NCBI GenBank assembly: GCA_973895155.1
Contig: OZ316894.1
Coordinates: 4,116,944-4,180,943, forward strand
Direction of reading: 5' to 3'
Origin: Marsupella aquatica
Lineage: Eukaryota; Plantae; Marchantiophyta
DNA length: 64,000 nt
Shown one piece after another: positions 39,201 to 51,681 of the stretch. Position numbers and translations under genes: made by a program. Positions within the stretch are counted from its first letter, which is position 1. Each line of letters opens with the position of its first letter. The notes beneath the pieces were generated by a model. The model saw only the letters and a program-made list of their open reading frames with translations, had not been told where the DNA came from and did no database searches.

Positions 39201-40395
39201 ATCTGCACAATGCAAAATTCTGTAAGGCTCAATGTACTGCGTGCTGGCTGCCAATGTTCCACTCCCAATTTCTTGAACGCCCACTTCTACGCAACCCTTA
39301 TTCTTGCCCAATTCTAGATTTAAGGCAATCTGGTCGTCTTGACCAAAAACAGAGTTAGACCACAACAGTGTCGACCCTGTTCTCTTTTCTCTTCCAAAAT
39401 TTCATACCCAACACCCTTTCACAAGGCCGACCATGATGACAAATCTGCCATGGCCTAGACCGTCGTCCAGGTTCATTTGCTCTGTCTCTCCAGATTCCAG
39501 TCAGCAAAGGATGTCCCATGGTCACATGACCGAGACCCTAATGACCAACACCCTAATTTCGCTCAATTGCACAAACATGCAACATACTACTGATCTTGAT
39601 TGAACTGAGAACCCTGGACAACCTAGCTGGGCCCCGATTCTACCAGCAGTTCAAGGTTGAGAATGACAACTGGTTATCATCAGACGTCCAGTCCAGTTCT
39701 GCTCCGAGAATTGACTTTTTTCTTCGCTATTAGTCAGGCAATTTCCAGCTCAATGGACGAACCGAAGCGAAGTCTCTACAGCAGAGGTATGTCCGAACAT
39801 ACGACTCTCAATTTAGAAACCCAAACATGGGCAAATTGAAAACAGGGACCAGCAAAACATACCGAATAATCAACCATTCTCCCGCTGCAACCACACCTTA
39901 GTGAGCACCAGCTATCGTCACTGACCTATCGTCACTGAGCATGGTACCTCCTCTGCTCTACCAAGATTAAACACCTAAACGAAATCTCCCTTACCAAACG
40001 ATATGCCAAGCCCTGCTCCCCTCTCTTCCGGACCCAATTCATCCAAAACCCTCATGAACAACAAATTCGGCTTCCTCTCTGCTGCTGCCTCCTGAGGTTT
40101 CAAGACATGGATGGCTATGCGACAGAAACCGTCCTAACATCAAGATAACCAAAAGCCTGCATTCAGAGTAAAATTGGGCAGATGTGGACAGAGTAGGACA
40201 CGACAAACCTGCGGATGAAGCACGAGAAGAAGCACTTGAGAGAGAGGTGTGTTGAGCTGCAGGAGGAAGGTCCATGCGATGCCGGAACCTGAGCTTTCCG
40301 GGGTTGCTGCTAGACTCCACAAGAACCACGGAGATAGAGAAGAGAATTATTATTACAACGCAGGTGGCAATTAAAGCTTGAGCTTTTTGAGCCAT
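33656..40395 (-). CDS. NHL-repeat (beta-propeller) protein with signal peptide and single TM helix; multi-exon
   Basis: Signal peptide MAQKAQALIATCVVIIILFSISVVLVES at 40395. An exon ending ~39031 (EEGIVIKTVLQENHLGI...YAVDS). Exon ~36830-36652 (GYNDG..ALLDHPKGLAIDADGNVYVADVRNHVIRKI). Exon ~35468-35263 (VTTIAG..GHADG..SCSLLISDRGNGRLRMI). TM exon ~34755-34634 (VFGVLVTILSAALGIVLY). Last exon ~34171-33656. Exon structure between 40290 and 39330 is unresolved. Confidence 0.85.
35509..35543. repeat. (GA)n microsatellite in intron
   Basis: Direct reading. Confidence 0.9.
35668..35740 (-). tRNA. trnA-UGC: tRNA-Ala(UGC), intronic and on the same strand as the NHL gene
   Basis: GGGGGTGTAGCTCACATGGTAGAGCGATCGCTTTGCATGCGATAGGCACGGGGATCGATACCCCGCACCTCCA: 73 nt, acceptor stem with the G3:U70 Ala identity pair, anticodon TGC, and a downstream T4 Pol III terminator. 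Confidence 0.95.
36254..36297. repeat. (AT)n microsatellite in intron
   Basis: Direct reading. Confidence 0.9.
37050..37270. repeat. ~62-bp tandem repeat, 3-4 copies, intronic
   Basis: TGTAAATTACACTCATTGCCTGTACAATCACATTCCTTTTA..GAATGACATT recurs. Confidence 0.8.
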
Positions 40396-40898
40396 GACTG
40401 GAATCTGTCTGTGACCCACAAAAGAGTGCAGCAGAGTGAGAGAAATTTTGTTGGCCCTCAAATAGAAAGGAGCTGTAGCGTGTTCACTCGATCGGGTAAC
40501 CAAAGGCCTGAGGATCTCGAGCTCACGGTTTTGATGGCAGTTCCGCTGATCAGTCTGTCGATCGGTCGACCTTGCTCCAGCCTCTGTGGAAATGGAACAC
40601 CATTTCCCGCCGATCTCAATGAGGATCTGAACACTTGTACGAAGCAGCAAGAGCCAGATTGCACGGCACATGAATTCGGCATTAAACTTTACTGTATGGG
40701 CCGTTGGACGGTGGGTGGTGCCAGACAGTGAGTTAACAGGATGGGCACCAAATTGCTATGGGCACCAAATTGGGTGGTGACAGACGGTATTCAAGAGTTA
40801 ACGCCATGGGCAGAAAATTGGGGGGTGACAGACAGTATTCAAGAGTTAATGCCATATGGGCACAAAAATGCAGGACAAGCTTTCCCAGAGATATACGT

Positions 40899-41335
40899 GA
40901 TGGACCCCCAATATCAAAAGCATTAGTTTACGTCACTTGATGGGCTCCCAGTATGAAAAGCATTAGTTTACGTCATTTGATGGGCTCCCAGTATGAAAAG
41001 CATTATTTACGTCATTTGATGGACCCATGAGTGATCAAGACTCTTGAAAGACCTACAATGAAGGTACCCAAAATCTCACGGGGCTTGATGGACTCACTTG
41101 ATGGGCTCCCAGTATGAAAAGTATTATTTACGTCATTTGATGGACCCATGAGTGATCCAGACTCTTGAAAGACCTACAATGAAGGTACCCAAAATCTCAT
41201 GGGGCTTGATGGACTCACTTGATGGGCTCCCAGTATGAAAAGCATTATTTACGTCACTTGATGGAACCATGAGTGATCTGGACTCTTGATAGACCTAAAA
41301 GCAAAGTACCCAAAATCTCATGGGGTCCATCAAGT
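40899..41335. repeat. Nested 40-bp/~121-bp tandem repeat upstream of the NHL gene
   Basis: GATGGGCTCCCAGTATGAAAAGCATTA.TTTACGTCA.TT units within a higher-order unit that also contains GACTCTTGAAAGACCTACAATGAAGGTACCCAAAATCTCA. Confidence 0.88.
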
Positions 41336-44300
41336 AACATTTTTTCAATGTAGAGGTTCATTGAGTATATTTCTCCAAGCTTTCCTTTCCTTGAAGGCTG
41401 TGGGTTGGTGTAAGCTTTCCAAGGAGGTGCATTATGGGGTCTCAACCCTCAGAATTTGATGGACCAAATTTAGTAGTTATGGTTACGGAGATACAAAATT
41501 ATGGACTACCAAATTTATAATCTGTAACTTTTTGCTAGAAAGATTGGTCATATGCCATGGCCATAACTCACTCTAGAGGCTAGTGAAAAAATACCAAAAA
41601 TACTGTTAAAAAATAAGATTTTAAAACGAAAATCTGTGAATCCCCATAGAAAGGGAACAGTCAGCTACACCTTCAACTCTAGACCTATGAGTCTCAATTC
41701 AAGTGAACTACCACGCACCCATGCCAGCTCAAGTGAGCTACTGCATAACCTTGTAAAAAAGTTGTCATTTTTCTATGGCCAAATGCCATCATCCGTAACT
41801 TTGAAACTTTGAGATGCCCTATTAGTGCCTTGTGCACAGGGATTTCCAATGGATGGAGTGGGTGGGCTTGGGCTTATTGGGAGCGTCGCTATTAATATTT
41901 GTTGAAGAAAATGAGTCTTCAAAACATATATTGTTGCCCATGCTGAACCTGTCCTTGCATGAGTCTCCTTACTGGCTTGCCAATTAAGTAGCTCATCAAC
42001 TTGTTGGTCAAGTCTCCCCATCATCTCAACTGAAGGTGCTAGAGCTGCATGCTTCTTCTCCTTCATTGCTGGTGAAGTAATTCATATCACTTTTATTGTT
42101 GATTTGGTTGAATGGTTTCATCACTTTTTTTGGCTTATTAAAATTGTTGACATATTATAGTGGATTTGTTAAAAATTATGTTGGGATGAACCACAATCTT
42201 TGATCTCAAGACTCTACTGGACCTACCACACTTTGACACCCTTAAAGGTGAACAATTATGCAAAGAAAAGGTGCTATCTAAGTTGAAATAATATCTCAGA
42301 GGAGTCCATACTAGTTAATTGCAATGGTCCATTTGAGCGTAGTATCAAACATTGTGGTCTATAGTGGATCTTGAGTTGCAGTCTGTTTCCTATTTCCATA
42401 ATAAAGTTATCCCTAATTTCTAAAGTAAAGTTTGATTCTCTATTGTATTTCTCATTTTTTGACAAAAGACCAATTATTCTACTAGAAAGGGCCAAACAAA
42501 GTAAAATAAAGTAATCATAAAAGAGGTCTAGAGAGGACAAACACCAAACTCAACTCAAAAGAAGAGAGCAAATGCACCCCAATAAGTCCCTCGACCCTGT
42601 CTCCTTCTTTGGAGGTTTTGCCCTTTGGCACGGTGATATACATAAGCTTTCTTATTGGCTTCTTATCCTAAGTTTGGCTGCTTTTTCAGAAAATTGACAT
42701 GTGCCTTATGTACACAACTGACAAGTGTCCAAGATTCTATCCACAAACAAAATAATGTAAAAGTCAAGCATAGTTTAGTAATTTTAAAAGTTATAAGATT
42801 CTCCTTTTTTGGAAACGCCCTTTGAGCAAGCGTGCAAAACCTTAAAGATTCTTATCCCAAAGAGCAAAAGTGTACAAATCATGCGTAAGTTGGATTTCTA
42901 ATGACATCTGTATTTTACAATATCTTGAAGGCCCAGTCCCATGACTCGCATTCTGCAGGGGGCTCTAAGGGGGGCTTTCAAGAAGGTGTGGGCATTTTAT
43001 TCAGTGTATCTCCATCAAAAGCTCTACGGGAAGCTATGCAAAGCTGAGGGCCAGTTGGACATGCCAAAATAAAAATGCTTGAGCCAAATGTGTCACTTCT
43101 GGAGATAATAAATTCAAAGACTCTGTGTCACTTCCGGGGATAATAAATTCAAAGACTCTGAATAGAAGTGGCCACATTCCTTTTAGACCACCTCAAGAGC
43201 AGGTCTATGTGTTTTGACAATAAGATGCACACATCAGCAAAACAAGGGGCCCACAAGGGACGCACTAGGCAGATAAATTATATATAGGATCAGTAATGGT
43301 TTTGTCACATTGTGCCCCTGAGCAAGTTCATGTAAAGTGAAATGAGGCCTGTTCCCACATTTGAATGGCTAGGATTGCATCTCACACATAGAATTAAGAA
43401 CTGCATAGAATTAAGAACTGCTGCTGCTGAGCTCTTGTGAAGCCCCCCTAATATTCCCTTGGGGCCATTGGGCATTGCTCAGATATGGACCAGGGCTTTA
43501 TGCCCACCCTAGTGTTTCTTTTTAGTGTGAGGCCAAGTAGAGTCTGGTGGCGAGTCACTTTAATTATGACATTGGGAGTGCCAAAGAGGAAGGGTTTTGA
43601 AACATTTGATTTTGCAGGGTCAGATCTTCCAGAATTTAAGGATGCTACTGAATCTGGCCACCAAGGCTGCAAAGGAATAATGAAGGTGATGAATGTATTC
43701 CAAAAAATCTCTTTTTCCCCTTCTTGTTGGTAGCCAGCTCGAATCTTAGGTAAGAATTTGGCATGGTTTGCCAGTATAACCAAACCTGACCCCACAATTT
43801 TAGAACATGCTCATCTATAGCCCCACAGGTTTAGGAGGAGGATATTAGCATTTCTGAACTGTTCTGGGGTTTGGCAGATCTCACCTCACTACACAACAAT
43901 GGATGAAAGTTGTTGGAGATACAATGTAACAACGCAATCTGTGTGGCCCTGTCAAATAACTTTTTATTTATTTAAGTCTGTTTAAGACTGCAACCAGGGC
44001 CGTTTAAGTCCCTGTCAAATGAAGAAGGCATGAGCACAGCTTGACCATAAGTAATCCCAAGATGAAAGAGACCCAATGTGATCATTGCCACTATGGTTTC
44101 CTGTTGCTGCGATCCAATGTCATAGGCTAGGGTTCAAATTCTTTGTGCTTTAATGGATTCTTTTTTGGTTGTGCTCCAATCACTATCATTACATGCAACT
44201 AGTCCAAAGCTTGTGCGTTGTACAGTGTTGTCGATAGTAAGTAATCTTGTGAGGACACACTGTCAAACACAACAGAGATGCCTGCTTGCAAGCTATGGGG

Positions 44301-45249
44301 ACAGTGAGGGGTTGGGTGTATAAAAGGTGCACAGTGACACCTTTGGCCCATCTCATGATTAGGAAAAATGTCACCATAATTGGACTGCCAGGGAGGCTAC
44401 CCGCAAAACTGACATTCCATAATCACACCATACCAAGAAGAGAGCAGGATTGCATACTAAGAGGATCACTACAGTATAATTCAAGAAAAGTCCCTTATTT
44501 GTTCAACTCTGTTTTGTACTGAAAGAAGAGAAAAAACGAGAACCTTGCGACCCAGACACTGCTATCCTAATGGAACCAGTTTGAACTAATGTGAAACTTT
44601 CCATCTACATGAGAAAGTAAACCCATTTCAACATCTTGGTCTCCAACTATAACTATGTGAATGGGTTCAGTGCCAGGCATAACAATACGTTTGGATAGTT
44701 ACACCAAGAAAGTGGTCATCGTGGGTGAGGCATTTTTCCCATCTAGGTGTTACACTCCTCGACTGCACTGGGCTCTTGGTATTTAGCAGCATTCTTTGAT
44801 CTCAATTCAGTCACCAACCACAGATGTCCCTGTTCCACCACTGCCCACACAACTCTAAATGTACTCGTGTAGAAGAAATTGAAAGGAATTTCTTGATTAC
44901 CTCTCAATCTTCGGGCATACTGCGGATCGTGATGGTAACTAGATAATAATCATCTTACCCCATCAAAATATCTTGCCATACTCTTAACAATTGTGGAACG
45001 AGAACGACAAAATTTTGGAGCATTTACAGCAGTAGGAGACGGCACCATAGGCTGATGAAGCAGCCATCTTTGCAGAGTTGCATAGTAGTGGAATAGTGAG
45101 CAAGTGAGCAATGGAAGGTTTTAGAGAATATTTTCTCAGGAATTTCACCTGCTGTTTCTCATTTCTCTTAGACATCAATGCTTGAAATCTTGTTTGACGT
45201 GTTTTGGCTCGAGCCACATTTGAGGATACATGTCAAACAAGATTTTAAG

Positions 45250-46357
45250 CACTTGGACGCGAACCATCTTTACAATATGGAACCTCTGGTAGGTTCTTTG
45301 GCATCCACTACCTGCAGCAAAATATGAACCCACTCAATCCAAGAGAATACATAAAAGAGGATTCTCTGCGACGACGATCAACATAGCTGACATAAAAACT
45401 TAAGTCTTTATTGTATCTAGCAGCTTCTACAAAGACCGCTAACAAGAGATGTGGACAAAGTAGACCCTACTCGAATGTTTTCGACTCAACTACAAATGCA
45501 ATGCAACAAAGGTATTTATATGTTCCATGTAATTGCCACAAACGGTTAGAAGTCACTCATTCCAAATCCAAACCCAGTCCATTAGCTACGTTGAGCACCC
45601 AAGCCCAGCAACCCAATGGATGCCTGACATTTGCATCAAAGAGACTGCATATACTACTCCCAGGCCGGTAAACAGTCATACCATTTTGTAAAGGCACATA
45701 TATGATTTACATTCAAGCCCACGCACAAATGCTCAGGGCTAATCACCTGTGTCAATTTCTCCCTCACGCGCACTGTTGACGCAAACTTCACTAGCTGCTC
45801 CAACTCTAACAACCATGAAATTCCAACATCAGCTTGGGACAAGGCAGCCGCATCATTTCCTGCATACCAACCATGGCAATACACCAATTCTCCCATTGCA
45901 GTTGTTGGCTGAGTTCCGCCTTACCCTGGGCTTTTCACATACCTTGCACTGGAAAGGCATTAAAGTCCCATCATTGGAAGAGTCTGCTGCGAAATGAGAT
46001 ATAACGGGGAACCTGAAACTCTTTCCAACGGCTTACTTTCAAAAGTTGTGCTCGAAAAAACCGAAGGAAGAGAGTGAAATCAATACCTAGACCAGAGACA
46101 GTTGGCAGCGACAGTTTTTGTAGCGCATTGATTGTCACCGGATAGCATCTATGTCTTGACACCCATCCTGTGCAAGTCATTAACAATTGCAGCAGCTTCT
46201 TGTTGTAGATACTCGGATCGTCACTTAAAGACAGGGATGGGAGTTCACCATCAAGTTAGAAATAACCCAAATAATAATTCACCATCGTCCTTGACGACTG
46301 CGATCCTTTCGTCTCGCTTTCTAAGAAATGATGTTTCTCAAGCAGTTTCCTTGTAAT
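45250..46357 (-). pseudogene. Decayed P1B-ATPase (PAA1/HMA6-like) exon remnants
   Basis: Remnants: DYKETA*ETSFLRKRDERIAVVKDDG (46357-46283), EAAAIVNDLHRMGVKT*MLSGDN (~46180-46100), IAMVG/GNDAAALSQADVGI/VGAASEV/KLTQ with frameshifts (~45885-45748), and VVDA.E..R (~45311). I found no TM, A-domain, CPC or DKTGT exons between them. Confidence 0.82.
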
Positions 46358-47496
46358 CTGCTAATCACATTCCTGCCAAACCAGATCAAGAGGCAGACAG
46401 GGTCCATTCTTTGGGACCCTTGTAGGCATATTGCGGACTACTTCTAAGGTCTTTTGAGAACGGTTTCGAGACGCGGTCGAAATGGAAATTTAATTGAGGA
46501 GGCTCAAGTTAATACAGTAAAAAAGTGTCCACTTGCAATTATACCTTAAGAAAAGCTTCGGACTGTAGGAACCGAACGAGAGATAATTGCGGAGAAACCC
46601 CAGGCGAAGTTAAAAAGGTGAGCAAGATACTTAACTAAGTTCCTGCCCCAATCGATACATGAAAACGTGTATCCAGATGTGGGAATTTCTACACTAAGTG
46701 CCATAGGTTTCGACAAACCATACCATGTAACAGAAGAATTTTCCCCGAAAGTTTGATAATAAATAATGAGAAACGACTAATGACTAATGTACTGCTCTAA
46801 ATAAATTGAGAAAGGTTGGATGTATAATGGACAGAACCCCTTTTTTCATTTCGTAAATCCACGAATTCATAGAAAATTTCCTTCAGGGTCCTTGACTCGA
46901 ACTAATCATAACTAAGGCACTCCTTTCTATGGACTAAGAGAAGTTGTACTGTAACGGACAACACCCCTTTTCCAATTACCAATACAGTATTCAGGCTGGC
47001 AGTGCAATAATTATGATGACTCTCTTGCAGCTCCCTTTCTTCTCCTTCATGTCACTTCTGTCAGCAACCAGGTAGCAGCACTCGGTCAATGTCAGGCACG
47101 TCACGCCGTTCTACACAAAAAAGATATGTTGCGAAGTCTCCATACACTTCAACTGACAAAGGACAGCCAGTGCCGAGTCTTTACACAGCAGAAGTACACG
47201 ACAGGAAACCTCTCATACCAAACGATACAACTGACCAGGCTAAAGGGAGACAAGGGGGCTGCAATAGTTTCAAGCAGTCTGTCTGACCAAGCCACACTCT
47301 CGTATAGCACTAGACCAGGACCAGAACCATCCACACATCTTCTGCAAGGAGGCATAATCCTGATACATTCAATTCCTGAGTCATGCTTATTGTTTTGATC
47401 TTGGATGAAGTCATTAGCGAGAACCTAAGGTTTCTATCAGTTGCTATACTTTCCAAAGAAAAGCATAGGAAAAGAAACCACGATACAGAGAACAGG

Positions 47497-49116
47497 CTAT
47501 CTCTGAGATAGACAAGACGGATCACCTCGGACAATGGACTTGAAGCCGCAGCTCGTCAAGTGCTGGGCTAGCAACTCTCCAATCTCTTGCTTCAGTGTTG
47601 CTTGGTCGGTTTGACCGTCAAAAGAAATTTGAACAAAAGCGGTCTCAGTAGCCAAATCTACCTTGGCTAAAGATACTTGCGGCTGCAAGATACAAAGCCA
47701 TGTCCAACGAGTGGCAAGATCAACAGCTTGGAGAATTTTTTCTTGATTCAAGACTTGAAAAATCTAGGTCATTACTACTTGAAAGGTAGTGAGAAGCGTT
47801 TTTCCAGAGACATCCAAATTAGAAAAGGTCATTAGCTTAATTTTAATCCCAATCATTGTGAAACGAAAAAAACCTTCATTTCGGAATGAAGGTTACAGTA
47901 CAAGCATACCTGAGACTCCAGAATCCGCTTCACTGAAGCAGAGCAACCACCACACGACATGCCCTTCACCAACCAACAAGTAGGACCACATTCAATTTCA
48001 ACGGGACGGCACGAATGATTGCACTTCTGTCAACACAAGAACCACTTTCCAAAGCTGCAGGGGACATTCGAACTTACAAAAGGTTCGAGAGGCTCTACTT
48101 CGAAAACGCGCATTTCGAGGTAAGAATTTGCCAATGGCAACTTATGCGAGGCAGATTCATTTGCAGAAATTCAGCAGCATTCATTATGCAGAACGTTCAT
48201 TGATCAGTGAAGAAATCCAACTTATCCTACACTATGCTTAGTCCAGGATTTAAGAGAGGGTATACGTGACGTCTTATACAATTTCACCATTCGTCAAGGG
48301 ATCCAAGAGTGGATTACGTGGGGTACCTGTGTCCTACTCACGCTGGTGGGTATTGTAAAAATGAAACGTATGCACCTTGCAAACTAATAATTGGTGAGCA
48401 ATGTATACCGAATTGACGCCAGGCGATGAGAGGCCAAATATCCAAACCCTGCTGCCACAAGAGGCTTGATTCGTGCGATCATTTATTCATTCACTCGTTC
48501 ATTCGTTTTCGTGGTAGCTTGAAGGGATTGAATAACTGCTCAAAATTCACATTCATCGAACCGTCTCTCAAAACACGACCCACGAAATGCAGAATATTAC
48601 CCCAACATCCAGAATGATCACATCATCTCCAGATATTCCGACAGGCAGCTCGTCGGACTGCTCTTGCCCCACAGCCGCAGCCTTGTCAGCAGCTCTGGCC
48701 TCAAACCCATCCCCCCCTCCTCCGCCACCGCCTCCAGCTCCCCGGCCCCCAATCCCGCTTCGTCCACCACCACCATAGCTAGTAGTCGCACTGGAAAGGC
48801 TGGCGAACGATCCACCCGACAATCCCGTCCGAAATTGACTAAAAAGAGCCGAATCCTTCACCGCGTCTATCACAAATCCGAATTGCCCTTTCACAACACT
48901 GCGGTCATTAACAAACCGGCTCCCTAGTCTGGTCGAGCACCAAACCCTCGACCCTTCCCTTCCTCCCCACACTCCTCCGAGCTTGCTTTCTAGTGCAATG
49001 ATCCCTCCATGGTACTTGATTCCAGGAGCTTGAGCTTGAGCTCCAGCTGGCCCTGAGCGCTCTACAGTCAAAGTGGTTGTTGCCAATGCCAACTTCATGG
49101 TTACTGCCAAAGCCAT
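47497..49116 (-). CDS. Chloroplast HMA-domain protein (intact N-terminus of PAA1/HMA6; PCH1-like copper chaperone)
   Basis: Exon 1 49116-48601 (transit peptide, Gly-rich linker, DDVIILDVG), exon 2 47963-47910 (GMSCGGCSASVKRILESQ), exon 3 47682-47526 (PQVSLAKVDLATETA...LAQHLTSCGFKSIVR). All are open and in phase with GT-AG ends. The stop is at 47497 (read-through), 47310 or 46338, depending on splicing. Confidence 0.85.
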
Positions 49117-49685
49117 GATTCTTGGCAAAGCCAAAGCTCCACAATCTCGAATCTGCAAAATTCTACAGCAATTGTTTTGGGACTTTCGTGTCAAAAAAAT
49201 TGCCGACGCTCCTCACCACATAGAAAACCATCTCCAGACTGAGGATATGGCCTTCAGAAAGCACAACAATGGTAACGATCTGTATCTTCCGCGACCAAAT
49301 TAGCGCCTAATAAAACACCCGTGATGCGGTCATGATAGCCCTAATCGCACTATTACACGAGTAAATGCCCTCACTAGTCATTACGGTCACCCTCATGATG
49401 CTAATATGGAATGATTACCATAATCTCGACTTACCATCGTCGACAATAAAGATGGGCCCTGTCAAATGATTTGAAGGATCGACGGTGATAATTCAAAATT
49501 GAATCTTCGTTCAATATGGTAGGGCCCACATTCGGGATGAGATGCGGTGGGACTTGATTGGTTGATTCTGGACGGGGGGAATCTATGATGCTGGGACGGA
49601 TCCATCTGGACTGTTGAGGGAAGGAGATTAGATCTGAACGGAACGGTTCAGATGAAGCAGTATGAACCAACTAATCGGTACTCTA

Positions 49686-51454
49686 TCTAATCTTGAAACC
49701 TACGGTTCAGATGAATCAGAATGAACCAATCAGAATAGTTTCCATCCCCCGTTTGCTAAAATAGTTAAATTTATTGAAATATTGGAAGTGACCTAGGTTT
49801 TTAGAATTGTCTAAGTATCTTGATTAAAGGTTGCCTTTGAAGTGTATATAACCGGTGGGTCTAGTTGTGAGTTGTTGGTAACATTATTGAACTCTAAATT
49901 TCTAACCACTTTTCTCTCAATTGGACTCTACCAAAAGGAAAGTTGTTACGGGTCCAGTTAGAGACTTCCGTAAATCTGAAAATTTTGTCAAAATTCCACA
50001 TCACCCCGTAAATATCCAGCCATTAGATGGTTTGAATCGAACGATCTACATCCATTTTGTGTGTGAAGACTTGTGTGAAGGCTCGTGTGGCCTCTCAACT
50101 GAAAATGAGCTTTCATACCGTTAGATGTTATGAATCCAACCATCCAGATTCATTTTGTGTGTGAATACTCGTGTGGTCTCTTAGCTCAAAAAGGACTTTT
50201 ATACCATTAGATGTTTTGAATCCAACGATCTATATTACTTTTGTATGTGATGCCTCGTGTGAAGAATAATGTCACTTCTCAACACAAACAACTCTATCAA
50301 ACTAAACCTATCCATGCTTGGATGTTGACATAACAAGATTATGCCCTTTATGGTGCCTAAAGAATAAGAAGAACTTGGGCAACATGTGGGCTTTGAAAAA
50401 AATCAATATTTGAAAAATCTTCAGGTTGGGTATAAAGTATATTTTAAAAGGCAATTTAATTGCAATAAAATAAATAAGTAAATAAGCTTGGTAAGCAACA
50501 TATAAAGCATTCTCTCAACCTCTTGACGCCACACAAGTAAATTGGGAAAGAGTACTAAAATATAAGTAGGGGTGAAAGATCATGAGGAAAGTGGGGTGAA
50601 TAAGCGAGGGTTTGGTCATGGGAAGCTTACATTGAAGTTTAATGCAAGGATTATTAAGATGTTAACATGTGGAAGGGTCTAGTTATGAAAATATTGTTTT
50701 GAAATGGTATTGAATGTTAGATTTTTGGAATGTAAACTCTAGAGTATTATAACCTTGTTTTTAAGTTACAACTTGTCAAACAATACTCAAACCCTTGAAT
50801 ACATGTGTACCAATTGCCTTAATTTATGACCTTATTGATTTTAAAGTTACAAATGGGGTCAAACATTATACCGACCCTTGTAGATGTGTGTACCAAAATG
50901 CCTTGACTTGTAACCTTCCCAAATAACCTTATTAATTTTGATTTTGAAGTTACAACTAGGGTCAAGCAGTACACTAACCCTTGTAAATGTGTGCACCATG
51001 TAGTGTCTTAACTTGAAGTTACCATATATTGATTTTATAAGTTACAACTGGGGTCAAACAGTACACCGACCCTTGTAGATGTGTGTACCAGGATGCCTTA
51101 ACTTGTAACTTTATATTGATTTTGAGGGTACAACTGGGGTCAAACAATACACCGACCCTTGCAGATGTGTGTAACAGAATGCCTTAACTTGTAACCTTAT
51201 ATTGATTTTGAAGTTATAATTGGGGTCAAACATTACACCGACCTTTGCATATGTGCGTACTATAGTTTATTGCCGTAACTCGAATAATATGATATGCACC
51301 TTATAATTATAGTACCTGATTGATAGTAAACTTAAGGGCCACCCATGTTGTGTGTTGGCTTTTGAATGTAACTGAATTGGTTTTTTTTTTCAAGGCAAAA
51401 AAAAAAACACCACACTTTATAGCTTCACTGCCCGAGTCCGCACGGGTCCACTCG
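49686..51454 (+). mobile_element. Candidate non-autonomous Helitron carrying a ~76-bp minisatellite
   Basis: Possible A|TC 5' end at 49685/49686. 3' hairpin CCCGAGTCCGCACGGG (51431-51446) followed by CTCG|T, one mismatch from CTAG|T. AT-rich interior. The 5' end is weakly supported. Confidence 0.45.
50750..51262. repeat. Minisatellite, ~72-90-bp units, 6-7 copies
   Basis: TTGATTTTGAAGTTACAACTGGGGTCAAACAGTACACCGACCCTTGTAGATGTGTGTACC..ATGCCTTAACTTGTAACC recurs. Confidence 0.88.
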
Positions 51455-51681
51455 TTGAGCACCTTAGCCATTGCTTTACTTCGAGGGTTTACGGTGTGGT
51501 CCACCTAGATCTCTCGCGGTCCGAGCTCTGTTGCTTTCGCTGAAGGAGAAGATCTGCGCATTCGATCCACTCGTACTGTAGACTCATGAGCGTATGCAGC
51601 GACTTCTGTATTGACCCTCCTCCAGGTTCAATAGTCTCTTAATTTCCTTTCGTCGCAAACCCCAACCCCACCCTTATTCCG

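Noticed and set aside
43448-44420. Possible transposase/RT remnant or solo LTR (TATAAAA at ~44318)
   Set aside because: No diagnostic motif, TG...CA boundary with TSD, or PBS could be established.
45250-49116. Full-length functional PAA1 Cu-ATPase
   Set aside because: No TM, CPC or DKTGT exons could be found, and the remaining ATPase exons contain stops and frameshifts.
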